DNA of 64,000 bases from Candidatus Bathyarchaeota archaeon (lineage in GTDB: Archaea > Thermoproteota > Bathyarchaeia > Bathyarchaeales > Bathycorpusculaceae). The position numbers and the translations under genes are program-made. Shown here piece by piece: positions 1 through 11,827 of this stretch (position 1 is its first letter; each line of letters begins with the position of its first letter). The notes under the pieces were generated by a model. It was not told the origin of the DNA and searched no databases. It worked only from the letters and a program-made list of their open reading frames with translations. The stretch covers positions 128,001 through 192,000 of the forward strand of contig CAWEPZ010000011.1 in assembly GCA_963811105.1 (NCBI GenBank). The letters run 5' to 3'.

Positions 1-1
1 A

Positions 2-1041
2 TCAGACAGTAGTTTTTTTTGACGTTAATAGTCCTTGGAAATAGCCATAACTAAATGAAAACATGAAGACAAAATCAGCAATTATTCCAATTGCGCCAAG
101 GTAAAATTGTAAGGGCAAACGTAAATTTTTTCCATGCAGGATGTAAATGGTGATCTCTGCAAATAAAACTAATAGAATCAATCCATCGATTGGCAAATAA
201 TAAGAATGCCCCACAATTATTCCTAAAATAAAGAGAAATAAACAAGTAGATACTACGGCTAATTGTCTGATTCTGTGATCCCGTTTACTTCGACTTGCTT
301 TATCATTAAGGTTTGCTGAAATAGCGCCAAAAGCTATAGCAAACCCCATGGTAGTCCCATAGTTTGATTCTTTCTTTAAAAAATTTGACAAGCTATCGCT
401 TCGCACATCTTCAACACTGTATTCCAGTGCACCATCTTTTAATATTAAAAAAGAGTTTTTACTTAACTGATTTGCAGTCACTTGGTCTTCAAGCCCTAGT
501 GACTTATTTTGTGTATACTGAAAACCGCCTATTTTTTTAAGAGCTGAGATACGAAACATATCAGCCTTCAGTAAGGAATATGAAATTTGGATTAACCCTT
601 CTTGTTTAAAATCTAAGTCCCAATATTAGCGAATGAAGCGCGTCTGTCATTTTTTTCCAATTTTAGAACAGGTTGTCCGCACACAACTACAACATTTTCA
701 TTTTCCAGATTCCTAATGCATTTATTCAGATAATTCTCGTTAATCAGTGCTACATCATCTTGGATAACAAAAAGGAATTCTTCATTTGGCTTAGCAAATA
801 ACAGCGCTTTGTTCAAGTTCCCCGAAAATCCTAAATTCTGATCGTTCCGAATCACTGAGATTTTTCCATTGTAGTCTGATAACAGTTTTTTTGCGGGGTT
901 TGGAGAGTAATCATCCATCACGAGAATTCGAAAAGGATAGCAGTCTTGCTTGAGAAGAGATTCAATACAAGCTTTCAAGTCGTCTGCTGTACCGTTATAG
1001 AATGGAATTATTGCAAGAACATCTATTTTTATGTCTCCCAA
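2..1041 (-). CDS. GT2 family glycosyltransferase with C-terminal TM helices (split by frameshift near 560-620)
   Basis: ORF 613..1041 has GT-A motifs (IIPFYN, LVMDDYS, NLGFSGNLN, IQDDV). ORF 2..559 continues with GGF/EDQ motifs and hydrophobic helices. Confidence 0.8.
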
Positions 1042-1106
1042 AGTAGTATTACTCAGTTATTTTAATAATTGCACTCAGTAGACTGGCTGAGTTTTTTTGA
1101 AAAGCG

Positions 1107-2320
1107 TTATATATTATCACCGATTTTACAGTATGCTTCATAATAATTCTTAGCAATAATCGCCCAATTGTATTTTTCTTCTACTATGGCTCTTGCTCTC
1201 TGACCCATTTTTTCTGTTAAAGCCTCATCTGCCATAATAGTTGAAATCTTATCTGCAAGTTCTTCAATGTCATTAACATCAACAAGGAAGCCTGTCTTTC
1301 CATCCTCAATCATTTCGCTTCCATTAGTTCTTGTTGAAACCACTGGTCTGCCACATGCCATAGCTTCCAGGACAGGTGTCGAGTAGCTTTCTGCTAACGA
1401 AGGCTGGCAGAATAATCGACACTCTTTATAGCTTTCTAAAAGTTCAACTCTTGTAAGATGACTCTTAATCAGCAAAGGGACCTGCATTTGTGCCGCCAAG
1501 TTTTTAAGGGCAACCTTTTGTGGTCCATCCCCAATTATCTCCAACTTTGTGTCAGGATATTGCTTGCGAACCTTTGAAATAGCAAGAATAAGGGCGTTGA
1601 AGTTTTTTCTTTTAATAAAGTTACCGACAGATAATACGGTTTTAGAGCCGATTAACGGTGATAGAAACGGAAACTCAACTAGTTTTACACCGCCAGGAAT
1701 TACTTTAATTTTTTTAGCGCTGACATATTGAGAGTAAAGTTTTTGCGTTCGCTCATTGTAAACAACTATTAAATCAGCTTTGTTAATAGTCTTTTCAAAA
1801 GCAGTTTTGAAGTTTACATCAAGAGATTTTCGAACCCATTTCAATATTGAATACTGAATTTTTGGAAACACAGTCGTTTTCGAGTATGCCGTGAAATCGT
1901 CCTCAAAATACGGGTGAGTAGCTTCGGCTGGACCTATAATAAAGGGATGACCGTCTGTTTTTCCTGTTACCGCAAGAAGATCAAAGGACTCAGTCCCTGA
2001 TTTACCATAAAAAAATGGTGGATTAAAGAATCCTTGTTTTTATTAAGAAAATAATTTGACCGTTTCAACATTTTAGCATAGAACAAAGGGATATTGCTAA
2101 AATTTACTTTCCCTTCAGAGAGTTTACAGACCGCAACCTTTTTTGATGGAACTCCTTGCCACTTAAAGTCATTTAATAAACCGTAGAAATCCAGGTTATA
2201 ATCATCAGCCATTGTGGTTAAAAGGTTTTGAAACACTTTGCTACCGCTAACGCTTAAACTCAAAGCTTGTCTTTGTGAAACAACAAGAATTGGAGAAGAG
2301 AGCCAAGACGCATTATTCAA
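1107..2320 (-). CDS. GT4 family glycosyltransferase (frameshifted near 1880-1970)
   Basis: C-terminal GT-B motifs (VGNFIKRKN, PSLAESYSTPVLEAMACGRPVV, DGKTGFLV). ORF 1967..2320 supplies the N-terminal domain. Confidence 0.8.
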
Positions 2321-2486
2321 TTATAAATGCCCACCTAATTTTGCTTATTTTGAACTTGAGGGGATTCAGAGATGTTAAGGCTTTTTATAGATAGGTCTGA
2401 AGAAAATGGAAATTTACTACTACAAATGAACCGAATGGAATGGCTTGTATGAATATTACAGCATTAAATTTGGAAGCGTCGAAAGA

Positions 2487-3375
2487 TTACTCCTTGAGAG
2501 ATGCTAATAATTTGAAGGTTTCGAGGGCATGACTTTCGTTGGATATACCTACTGCGACACCGTTCATGTTTGGCAGGGTTTTAAGATAATAAGCGGCCTC
2601 TGAAGGATTAAAGTAGCCTGATGCAAGGATATTTATTGCTATTACATTAGCTGTTGGCAGTGTTGCCAGAACTCGTTCGCATTCATCTTTTGAAGGCGAC
2701 ATTTGAAAGCCCGCCTCATTAAATGGCGCTACAACAATGAGATTCCTTAAATCTATATTCCATTCTTTAAATTTCTTAACAAGAAGCGCAAAATTACGAG
2801 TTTCGAATCCAGGTTTTGATTTTGCTGAGAGGACTGCAGATATAAATAGCTCAAAAAGCCACCTTAAGTCAGAGAGTTAAACCCATATCTGTTAATAATT
2901 CATGCAATAAGACGGAGTCTAATTTTGCATGTTTTCCAGCGGTTGACCTAATTTCAGCAATTTCATATGATAAAAGGCCACTTTAACAGAGACCTAACAT
3001 CACTATTGGCCAACCCCTTGATACATGTAAGTACTGCTTTGACATTTCCTGAAAATATCATTTGCTTTGTAAATCCTTTAGCAAGACCTTCCATTCCTTT
3101 CTGACCACTTAACCGGATGAAATCAACTGCACTGGGTACTATAGATTGGAATTCAACGAACCCTCAATTTCCTTGTCTTTAATTGCTTTAAGAATAGACA
3201 ATGTGTTATCGTTAACCGTGAACATAAAACCGTCGGCACCGCTTTTCAGTGAAGTAAAGACTAGGTTAGCACAAAATTGGGGATCGGTAATTTTGTCAAC
3301 TCTTTTTAACCGAACCTTATCTTGTGATAGATGATTGACCCCTTGAAAGGCATTATCTCCTACGAGCAATAGCAT
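2487..3375 (-). CDS. Conserved hypothetical protein, possibly TIM-barrel/aldo-keto-like, of glycan clusters (several frameshifts)
   Basis: N-terminus LLLVGDNAFQGVNHLSQ and C-terminus AINILASGY...VAVGIS; intervening fragments read across frames (KPGFETRNF, APFNEAGFQMSPS). Confidence 0.55.
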
Positions 3376-3382
3376 GTTCTAC

Positions 3383-4363
3383 TCACATCATTCCGTTAAC
3401 TTGATCAATAATCTGCTCAGTTTTTAGGGCAGTATTAAAATTTGGTTCCGCAACGGTATCGTTAATTATGGAACCAATAAAATTCTTACTCTCTCGATAA
3501 TATTCAGGTGCTCCAACTAAAAAGTCAACATTATCTCTTAGATTAAGTCTATAAAAAGTAGAAGCTCCTAAATTGCTTTTTAAGATTAGCTGATCGTCGT
3601 TGACCCTTAACGAACCCTTTTTACCAACAATTTCTAGTCCTATTTCAGGCAATCGATAACCAGCCTTACACCAAGAAGCATCTATAATACCGTTGACCCC
3701 GTCTTGTCCTATTACATTAAATCCTATCGACTCCTGAAATATCGGGTTATCGTTACTTCTTCTTTGTTCCTTTGAAATGACACGGAGGTCTCCGAAGAAC
3801 CATATAGATAAGTCGATTGCATGGGAGCACAAATCTCTTAGTAACCCACCTCTGGCGGTTGATGCCTTAGTTCCTTTTTCTACATCAACATTAAGAAAAT
3901 CTGATGAGTATGAATACGCTTTGAAAGAAGTTACATTGCCAATGTCACCATGCTGTATAAGGTCATATGCTTTATTGAATGTAACAGCATATCTCCGCTC
4001 ATAACCAACCATATTTTTGCCATTGGAACCATCGGCAAGTGAACAAATTTTCTTTGCTTGATCAAGGGAAAAAGCAAGAGTTTTTTCCACAAATAAATTA
4101 GGGGCAATTCGGTTTGAATAGACGTTTTCTATTACCTTAAAGTGTGAAGGAATGGAGGTTGTTATATAGACCACATCCAAACTCATATCCTTCAATTTCT
4201 CAATAGAGTCAACAATAACAAACTCTTTAGAGACTTTCTTGGCGAATTTCGAAATAATCTTGCTTTTATCGCATACTCCAACTACTTTTACACCAGTTAT
4301 TGTGCTAAGTATGCTCATATGAAGCAAACCCATTTTGCCGATACCGACTATACCTGCGAGCAT
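3383..4363 (-). CDS. Gfo/Idh/MocA family oxidoreductase
   Basis: GIVGIGKMG Rossmann motif, VEK motif, GGLLRDLCSHAID. Confidence 0.9.
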   Translation of the reverse strand: MLAGIVGIGKMGLLHMSILSTITGVKVVGVCDKSKIISKFAKKVSKEFVIVDSIEKLKDMSLDVVYITTSIPSHFKVIENVYSNRIAPNLFVEKTLAFSLDQAKKICSLADGSNGKNMVGYERRYAVTFNKAYDLIQHGDIGNVTSFKAYSYSSDFLNVDVEKGTKASTARGGLLRDLCSHAIDLSIWFFGDLRVISKEQRRSNDNPIFQESIGFNVIGQDGVNGIIDASWCKAGYRLPEIGLEIVGKKGSLRVNDDQLILKSNLGASTFYRLNLRDNVDFLVGAPEYYRESKNFIGSIINDTVAEPNFNTALKTEQIIDQVNGMM

Positions 4364-4398
4364 AGCTCAATATCCTCTAATACATGAAAATGTAAATA

Positions 4399-5158
4399 TT
4401 AACGAATAAGACGTTGGTGTAGTATTTCAATTGCAGCTTTTAATCCCTGAGTTGGCATCGGCAATTTGCTATTACCACTAATTCTTCCTTTATCTCTGCA
4501 TGGATCTTCGCCTACTCTTAAACCAGCCTTCTTGATTTTCGCACAAAGCACAGGCTCATAGTCAAATTTATTATCTGGAAGATTTACTTTTTTGAGACAT
4601 TTTGTCCAAAATGCGTTATACCCACAACAGACATCTGTGTACTTGGTTCCGTATAAAATATTGTAAAAGAACCAGCATTTTGTTGCCAACCTTTCGATGC
4701 ACTGGCATAATTGGATTATACTTAAGAAAACGGGAGCTTTTCGAAAAGTCATAACCTTTCAGAAGTAGGGATACGAATTCTGGAATCTGCGTTGGGTCGG
4801 TTGACCCGTCTGCATCAAGAGTCACTATAATCTCACCAGTAGCGTTCCTAAACCCATCTTTCATCGCGTCATCTTTTCCCCGTCCTGGCTGATAGAGTAT
4901 TCGAATCGAGGGCAACATACCTTTTGCAATAGAAACAGTGTTATCTTTTGAATAACCATCGACTAAGATTACTTCGTCAACCCAATCAGGAATCTTGTTA
5001 AGAACCTTTGGCAAATTTGCCTCTTCATCAAGTGTACAAATTACAATTGAAACCTTCGGGCAAGAAAGCAAGTCAATTTTTTCAAGCGAATTCATGTAAC
5101 TTACCTGCTTATTGTAATTGCCGATCATGAAAAGAAACTCAAACGTTATAACCAGCAA
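4399..5158 (-). CDS. GT2 DPM1-like glycosyltransferase (frameshifted near 4670; true start probably ~5095)
   Basis: SIVICTLDEEANL, LVDGYSKDNT, TLDADGS, then YTDVCCGYNAF and FDYE in the overlapping frame. Confidence 0.85.
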
Positions 5159-5181
5159 TGAAGCAATCCATAAAAAAAACC

Positions 5182-6186
5182 TTATAAGGAAACAACACAG
5201 CGTCCACCCGCAGCTTTATAGACCGCACTGACAATTCGCATTGCTACTAATCCGTCGTATCCATTTGCCAAAGGCTCACGATCCTCTTTAATACAGGCAA
5301 CAAATTCCTTCCACTCTTCACACCACGACCGGTCGTCTCCACGGAATTCAACAACCTCTTCAGCAAAAGGCTTTGCGAAATCTTTTCTACCAAAAGTTAG
5401 GCACTCATTACCATAGCTACCACCTAGACCCTCAGCTACAACATATCCTTCGGATCCAAAGACTTCAAATGAAAACAAGTTCTTCCATTGCGTTAAACTG
5501 GCATGAATAGATGCTACCTGACCTGCTTTCGTTCTAAGCAAAACGAATCCGTTATCTTCTACTAAATTCAAATTTGGTAAATAGTTTGCCATGAAGGCAG
5601 AGACCTCAATAAATTCCCCTAAAAACCACCGTGAGAGATCAATCGCATGCGTTCCTTGATCCATCATCTCACCGCCTCCAGCAATCTCGGGATTCGCTCT
5701 CCATTCCTTTTCAAAACCGGGTCTGCCTCCAATGCCATACCTGCAACGAACAAAATTCGGCTCGCCAATCTCACTTAATAAGAGTTGCTTAGCTTTCTGG
5801 ATAGCAGGGTGAAAGCGGTGATTTAAGCCGCATTTTAACTTTACGTTATTTACGTTTGCCGCCTTGACCAAGGCTTCTGCCTCTTCAACGGTTCTGCTGA
5901 GTGGTTTTTCGCACAAAACATGTTTGCCACTTTCCATTGCTGCTAAGCCAATTTTAGCGTGAAGGTGAGGCGGAGTGCAAATTACAACTGCATCTAAGTC
6001 GTTTCTCTTGACTACATTTTCCCAGCCATCAGTAGATTCGCATCCGAAACTTTTAGCCAGAGCAGCAGATTGAGCAGATTCCGCGTAATCGGCACTTATT
6101 ACAACCAGTTCTGATCCGAGAGAGCTTCGGATTGCCGGAGCTCTTCGCCTGGCTTGAAGACCAGCACCTATTAACCCGACTCTCAC
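5182..6186 (-). CDS. Gfo/Idh/MocA family oxidoreductase
   Basis: GLIGAG, CTPPHLH, GKHVLCEKP, GGGEMMDQGTHAID. Confidence 0.92.
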   Translation of the reverse strand: MRVGLIGAGLQARRRAPAIRSSLGSELVVISADYAESAQSAALAKSFGCESTDGWENVVKRNDLDAVVICTPPHLHAKIGLAAMESGKHVLCEKPLSRTVEEAEALVKAANVNNVKLKCGLNHRFHPAIQKAKQLLLSEIGEPNFVRCRYGIGGRPGFEKEWRANPEIAGGGEMMDQGTHAIDLSRWFLGEFIEVSAFMANYLPNLNLVEDNGFVLLRTKAGQVASIHASLTQWKNLFSFEVFGSEGYVVAEGLGGSYGNECLTFGRKDFAKPFAEEVVEFRGDDRSWCEEWKEFVACIKEDREPLANGYDGLVAMRIVSAVYKAAGGRCVVSL

Positions 6187-7512
6187 GTCTTGACCCCCAA
6201 CATCAACTGAAAGTCGCGTCCTCTACCACACCAAGGTAAACAAACCCCATATTAATCAAACTCTCCGCATCTAACATGTTTTGGGCGTCAATGATGACTG
6301 GCTTTTTCATCAAAGATTTAAGGCGCGGGAAATTTAACTCTCTAATTCTGGCCAATCGGTTACGAAAATTAATGCATCACTTTCTTTAGCCGCGATCATG
6401 GGATCCGAACAAAATTCAAATTCAAGTTTTCCTTGAATTTCACTAAGGTCAGCTTTGGGATCGTAAGCCTTAATTCTCGCACCACCAGCCACTAAATCAT
6501 TAATTATCTCGATTGAAGAAGAACAACGAAGCGTGCTGGTTCCAGCTTTATAAGTCAGTCCGAAAACGCAGACTGTTAAGTTCTGAATGGAACCATATAG
6601 TTTCTGCAACTTTCCAGCAATGATCTTGTTTTGTCGCCGATTTACTTCAAAGACACCGTTAATTAGCCGAGTTTCATAACCAACCTCGGCACCAAGTCTG
6701 AAGCACTTTGACATCCCGTCCTAATGCTCCACCTGCAAAACCTAAACCCGGCTTCAGCATTGCCTTAGGTCCTATTCTGCTATCTAAACGTAATGCTTCT
6801 GCAACCTTTAATGAGTCGGCACCAACTTCGTCGCAAATATTGGCGATTTCGTTAGCAAAGCTAATTGAAGTGGCTAAGAAGGCATTAAGGGCATGCTTAG
6901 TCATTTCCGCAGACCTTAAATTCATTTTTATCTTTGGGTCTTTTATGACGCTGAAAAAAGCCTCCACTTTATTCAAGGTACTCCTGTTGTCGGCGCCAAT
7001 AACTATTCTTTAGGATTCATAAATCTGTTAATGGCTTGACCAAGCCTAAGGTTTTCAGGAACACATGCCACATCAAATTCTAAGGCGGGTCTTTTCTTCT
7101 TGATTAGAGACTTTAGCTTTTCACAAGTACCAACTGGAACTTGACTACTGATAATAACTATAGACCCACTTTCAAGAGATCCAGCTAATGCGAGGTGGCG
7201 TCATAAACTCGGACAAATCTATCTCGTCGTTATCATCCACGCGAGTGTCAAAAGTAACAACAACAAAATGTGCCCCTTTGACTGCACTTCTAATATCTAT
7301 AGTGTAACTTAATTCGTTTAGATAAATATTCTGAGGATAAGACCTCCAAGCTCAGGCTCAAACAAAGGAGGAATACCTTTGTTTAGGTTCTCAACTCTTT
7401 TGCTGTCTTTATCAAAACCAACCACTAGATACCCTAAGTCAGCAAGACACGCTGAATATACGGAGCCTAAATGCCAAGTTCCTATAATGCAAACCTTAGA
7501 AGGATTTTCCAT
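6183..7512 (-). CDS. UDP-glucose/GDP-mannose dehydrogenase family protein (several frameshifts)
   Basis: Fragments: CIIGTWHLG...PLFEP; PENLRLGQA; SAEMTKHALNAFLATSISFANE; DSRIG; GFAGGALGRD; GLTYKAGT; YDP. Confidence 0.85.
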
Positions 7513-7564
7513 ACCAGACCTGCTTGAATTCGTTTGCCCAAGATGACAATATTACAGAGTGATT

Positions 7565-8410
7565 TTAGTTCTTAATAGTTGGCACAAACCTAACAAGATT
7601 TGCCAACGTTTTGTAGTGTGCTTTTGGCTGCAAGCATAGAAAATCAACAAAATTTGGAAAACTGACGAGCTTAGTTATATCAGCGGGGGTTTGGCAAGAT
7701 AATAGACCGACCCTCGAAATCAATAACATTTGATATCCCGCATTATGAAGCAGCTCAAAAATGTCATTCGGACTGAAACCAAAATCTTGCACCCAAGGCG
7801 GGAAAATCTCTAGCATCAATATTGGTGGCGATGAACCTGCCAAAATAGCCCTCATCCCTTTCAGGACTAAAATCTCCGCACCTTCAACATCGATTTTTAC
7901 GAAGTTGATTAAATAAATACCCTTGTTTCTAGCATAGCTATCAAGTGTGTCCATTGCGCAGTCGTAAGATGTGATTGATTTCGAACACCACGAAGCCACG
8001 GAATGAGTAACCAGTGAAGCCTCTGTGGAAACACCTGCTGGCATCCGAATAGTTGATCTACCTGTATTATCGCTGACCGCACATCTGTTCAGAACGATTT
8101 GGTTGCCTAACCGCGTCATTTCAACCTTTCGACAGAGTCTTTCAAAAGTTGGTGGAACTGGCTCAAACGCATGTATTTTCCCCTGAAAGCCGACAGAGTG
8201 CGCCAATAAGATCGTAAACTCTCCAACATTTGCACCGACATCGAAAACGACATCACCCTTCTCGACGGATCTCATCAGAATCGAGATCTGACTACTAGAC
8301 CTACCCAGTATTTTTAATCCAAGCTCGAAAATTCGTGGTTTAACAAACGAAGAGGGCATCGATGTTCTACCTAAAGCGCTTATTTCTTTCCAAAGTTTCT
8401 GCGGTAACAT
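7565..8410 (-). CDS. FkbM family methyltransferase
   Basis: VVFDVGANVG, HAFEP, VKIDVEGAE. Start placed at ATG 8410 because the upstream epimerase ends at 8479. Confidence 0.88.
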   Translation of the reverse strand: MLPQKLWKEISALGRTSMPSSFVKPRIFELGLKILGRSSSQISILMRSVEKGDVVFDVGANVGEFTILLAHSVGFQGKIHAFEPVPPTFERLCRKVEMTRLGNQIVLNRCAVSDNTGRSTIRMPAGVSTEASLVTHSVASWCSKSITSYDCAMDTLDSYARNKGIYLINFVKIDVEGAEILVLKGMRAILAGSSPPILMLEIFPPWVQDFGFSPNDIFELLHNAGYQMLLISRVGLLSCQTPADITKLVSFPNFVDFLCLQPKAHYKTLANLVRFVPTIKN

Positions 8411-8478
8411 TGACAAAAAAAATTGTCGCCTTTGCGAGTTGCAATGGTTTAGGAATAAGCTTGGGCTATTGTTTGCCC

Positions 8479-9423
8479 TTACTGGTTTTCTTGGGCTATT
8501 GTCCATCGCGCAGTTCGCATAATTGCTTCTTTAGATGAAATTGTTTGCTTCCAACCAAGATTCTTTATCTTATCAATGGAAAGCACAACAGAGGATTGTC
8601 ACCAATCCAACCTCGAGATCCACCAGTGTGCTTCGCTTCACTTTGGTTTTGTCTAAGTGCATCTCTTCCATCACAAGGTCTGCAACCTCTTCTACGATTG
8701 TTTGCTCTTCTAAGACCAAGGTTAAATATGTAACTTTGCCAGAAGCCTTTCGATATCCAATTAGTATTCCTTCGACACAGTCCTTTACGTGGAGGTATTC
8801 TTTGCTTTGCTTGCCGTCCCCAAGGATTTCAATTTCAGAAGGATTTTTCAATAATTTGTGCTGAAATCCAGAATGACTCCTCTTCTACAGCGCTCTCCAA
8901 TGACATTTGCGAACCGGAACGCCCAGAACTTCAGAGACGCAAACTCAGTATGAGCTTCGACGTATGCCTCACAAGCAAGTTTGGAGGCTCCGTACAAAGA
9001 TGTTTGAGATGGGAAATAATCCTCTGGGGTTGGTTTTACAATAGCTTCACCGTAAACTGCTGACGTTGAGGCGAAAACAAAATCACGAATATTATTCTTG
9101 ATCATAGCTTCCAATATGTTAAGGGTCCCGACCAGATTGTTATCTAAATCAGATTTGTGATCGACTAAACTTTTGCGAATGTTAGCCTGAGCGGCGAAGT
9201 GAAATACAACGTCATGTCCAGCAAAGATTCGGTTGAGCGCTTCCTCTTCTCTTATGTCAACTTGTTGAACTGAAAGGCGAGGATTGTCAGAATTTTGTTC
9301 CAGGTTGTCCATTCGACCACATGACATATTATCCACAACAGTTACGGAGTGACCTTCTTTGAGAAGTCGGTCTACCAAGTGGCTTCCTATGAAGCCTGCA
9401 CCGCCTGTTACTATTGCCTTCAT
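8479..9423 (-). CDS. NAD-dependent epimerase/dehydratase (GalE-like; frameshifted near 8860 and ~8580-8640)
   Basis: VTGGAGFIGSHLV, STSAVYG, YGASK, GDGKQSKEYLHVKD; the C-terminus IDKIKNLGW...TIAQENQ* ends at 8479. Confidence 0.88.
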
Positions 9424-9491
9424 TATAGCTCAATCTCCTCGGGTGTTTTGGATGTTTCTCTAATCTTATTTTGACAATTCATAGTTCTCAC

Positions 9492-10340
9492 TTATTTAAA
9501 ATTATTATCATTCAGTTTCGTGACCCGTCTTAGCGTATAAATATCAGAGGATACAAGTTCCGAGACATTTTCTCCCATATTTTGCCAGTCATCCCAAACA
9601 GCGCTTATTAGTTTCCCAGTCAAGCCTTTCGACTCATCAGAAGCCAAAAAAACTGATAATGCAACTGGCTTATCAAGAGTCGTTACACCTTCCGCCTTAA
9701 TTCTTTTTGCTTTAGCAAGCGCTTCCACACCAGCAAGCTCACCAGCGGCTATAACTTCATCCTGCAAACGTGTTGCTATACCGCCAGGGGCAATGGCATT
9801 GACCTGAACATTGGACGCTTTGACCTCTTCGCTTATTGTCTCAGTGAAACGAACTACTGCAGCTTTTGACGTTGCGTAAGCTGAGAAGCAAGGCTGTGAA
9901 TTGGCTGCGCCTCCACCTGAAAGGTTAATGATTTTTCCAGAACCCTGCTTAATCATAAAGGGCAAAACTGCTTTGCAGCAAAGAAATGTACCTATAAGGT
10001 TGACATTTATTGTTTCTATCCACCTAGTCGTGTCGTTCTTAACTAAAGGTCCAATAGGTCCAAATATGCCAGCGCAATTCACCAAAATGTCGACCCGACC
10101 AAATTTTTGAACCATGGATTCAACCATTTTTTCAACGTCTTGCGCCTGAGACACATCAACCTTTAGAGCTAATGCAGGTGTTCCAATTGCCTTTATCTGA
10201 GATACCGTCTCATTTACATCGGGTAGAGTACGAGAAGCGACCACCATTGTGGCACCTTCACGAGCAAATGCTAAAGCAATGGCTTGACCGATGCCCCTGC
10301 CACCGCCCGTAATTAATGCAACTTTGCTCTTGAGCTTCAT
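9492..10340 (-). CDS. Short-chain dehydrogenase/reductase
   Basis: TGGGRGIG, NCAG, YATSK. Confidence 0.92.
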   Translation of the reverse strand: MKLKSKVALITGGGRGIGQAIALAFAREGATMVVASRTLPDVNETVSQIKAIGTPALALKVDVSQAQDVEKMVESMVQKFGRVDILVNCAGIFGPIGPLVKNDTTRWIETINVNLIGTFLCCKAVLPFMIKQGSGKIINLSGGGAANSQPCFSAYATSKAAVVRFTETISEEVKASNVQVNAIAPGGIATRLQDEVIAAGELAGVEALAKAKRIKAEGVTTLDKPVALSVFLASDESKGLTGKLISAVWDDWQNMGENVSELVSSDIYTLRRVTKLNDNNFK

Positions 10341-10350
10341 GTTACCAGAC

Positions 10351-11089
10351 TCAATTTGCTTTGGAAAAACATTCGTCGCATGCTTTGTAGGCTTCTTGGG
10401 TTCCTATGTCCCATAGGTAGTCTTTTAGCATGTAACCGTAAACTGGCTCTTGCCGATAGAGCCACTCAACGAATTTGCCCGGCTGATCCGTTGGCAATCC
10501 AAGCGCCAAATACTCTGCTAGTCGTTTGCCTACTGTTTTGGGGAAGACATACACTGCACCGCAAGTCATCGTTGATTTTGGATCTAAGGGCTTTTCGATG
10601 AAGTCTAAGATTTTCCCTTTCTTATCAGCCTTAACGATTGCACATCTCTTAGCTTCTTCGACGTTTCTAACTTCATAGAGAGCGACCAGAACAGTTTTTT
10701 TCTGGTAAAAAGCCTCCAACATTTCTGAAAGGTCATCACTAAATACGCCGTCGCCCGCAATGACAAAAACATCATCTTCGTCTGCAAAGGCAGTAATGTT
10801 AGCCATAGCTTTTATGGCACCTGGCTTTTGCATTTCGTTTTCAGAATCGTCAGGAAGCACTACGACATTCCTATAATTTCTTGAAGCCAAGTATTCTTTG
10901 AATTGCGGCTGAAAACGCTGATTAGTTGACAACACTATCTTTTTCAACGGCGGATTGAACGCTCCTAGTTTTTCCATTACATAATCAAGTATTGGTTTGC
11001 CATGCGATGGGTAACAATGCTTTTGGTGTGTTCAATGTGAGGGGCCAGAGCCGTTTTGCGTATCCTCCGGCCAGAACAATTGCGTACAG
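10351..11089 (-). CDS. Sugar-phosphate nucleotidyltransferase (probable heptose-1-P guanylyltransferase, HddC-like; frameshift near 11000)
   Basis: Upstream frame reads YAIVLAGGYAKRLWPLTLNTPKALLP; ORF 10351..10977 has IAGD, FIEKP and WDIGT. Confidence 0.8.
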
Positions 11090-11152
11090 AAAATCACTCT
11101 ATTTTATATCATAAAACAGGGCATTTTTTAATATAGGATACCGTAAGTTGCT

Positions 11153-11542
11153 TTAGATCCATGTGGTTTCGATTTCTTCTATTTGTTTGAAATGAGGATC
11201 GTCTGAGATAAGGACAGCTTTGAGAATTGAGGCTGTTGCAGCAATCATGCTATCGCCCATTGAAAGCTGGTACTTATGCCTAAGTTCAGCGGAAACTTGC
11301 GCTATTTGATCATCAACAGGTATAAGCTGAAATTCTTCTTTCATTGAAATGGCTCTTAGTTTGGCAACGTCCCGCCCTTCTTGAGAAAGAGACAGGTTGT
11401 ACACTTCATGAATCACTATGGTAGAGACATACCTGTCTTTGAGTCTTTTTTTCTCTGCCATTTTTTGTCTTAAAACTCGATCTTTAGAATAATAGAATTC
11501 TACGAAAAATCTACTATCGTAAGCTACCTTATTCATTTTCAT
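11153..11542 (-). CDS. vapC: PIN-domain toxin VapC
   Basis: AYDSRF...VIHEV...LSMGDSMIAATA...LISDDPHF acidic PIN motif. Confidence 0.88.
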   Translation of the reverse strand: MKMNKVAYDSRFFVEFYYSKDRVLRQKMAEKKRLKDRYVSTIVIHEVYNLSLSQEGRDVAKLRAISMKEEFQLIPVDDQIAQVSAELRHKYQLSMGDSMIAATASILKAVLISDDPHFKQIEEIETTWI

Positions 11543-11759
11543 GCCTGAGCTTGTCGAGCAACTTGTTTATTTCTTCAACAGTTGCAAACTCCGACCCTGA
11601 ACCTATCATGTCCCAAAACGACTTTTTAGGTTTCAATAGGATTCCTTCATCTGTTTCAACTACCGCAAGGCGTGTGCCCTCTTCGATTTTGAACTTCTTT
11701 CGAATTCTAACTGGAATGGTAGTCTGACCCTTCTTTTTTACGACTATTTCTGTTTCCAA
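11529..11759 (-). CDS. vapB: AbrB/MazE/SpoVT antitoxin
   Basis: KKGQTTIPVRIRKKFKIEEG motif; overlaps the PIN gene. Confidence 0.88.
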   Translation of the reverse strand: METEIVVKKKGQTTIPVRIRKKFKIEEGTRLAVVETDEGILLKPKKSFWDMIGSGSEFATVEEINKLLDKLRHENE

Positions 11760-11827
11760 CTTTCAGGCCTGTCTTACTTCAAAGGAAAAATCAAACATAA
11801 ATGTTTTCGTTTTTTTCAGACAACACA

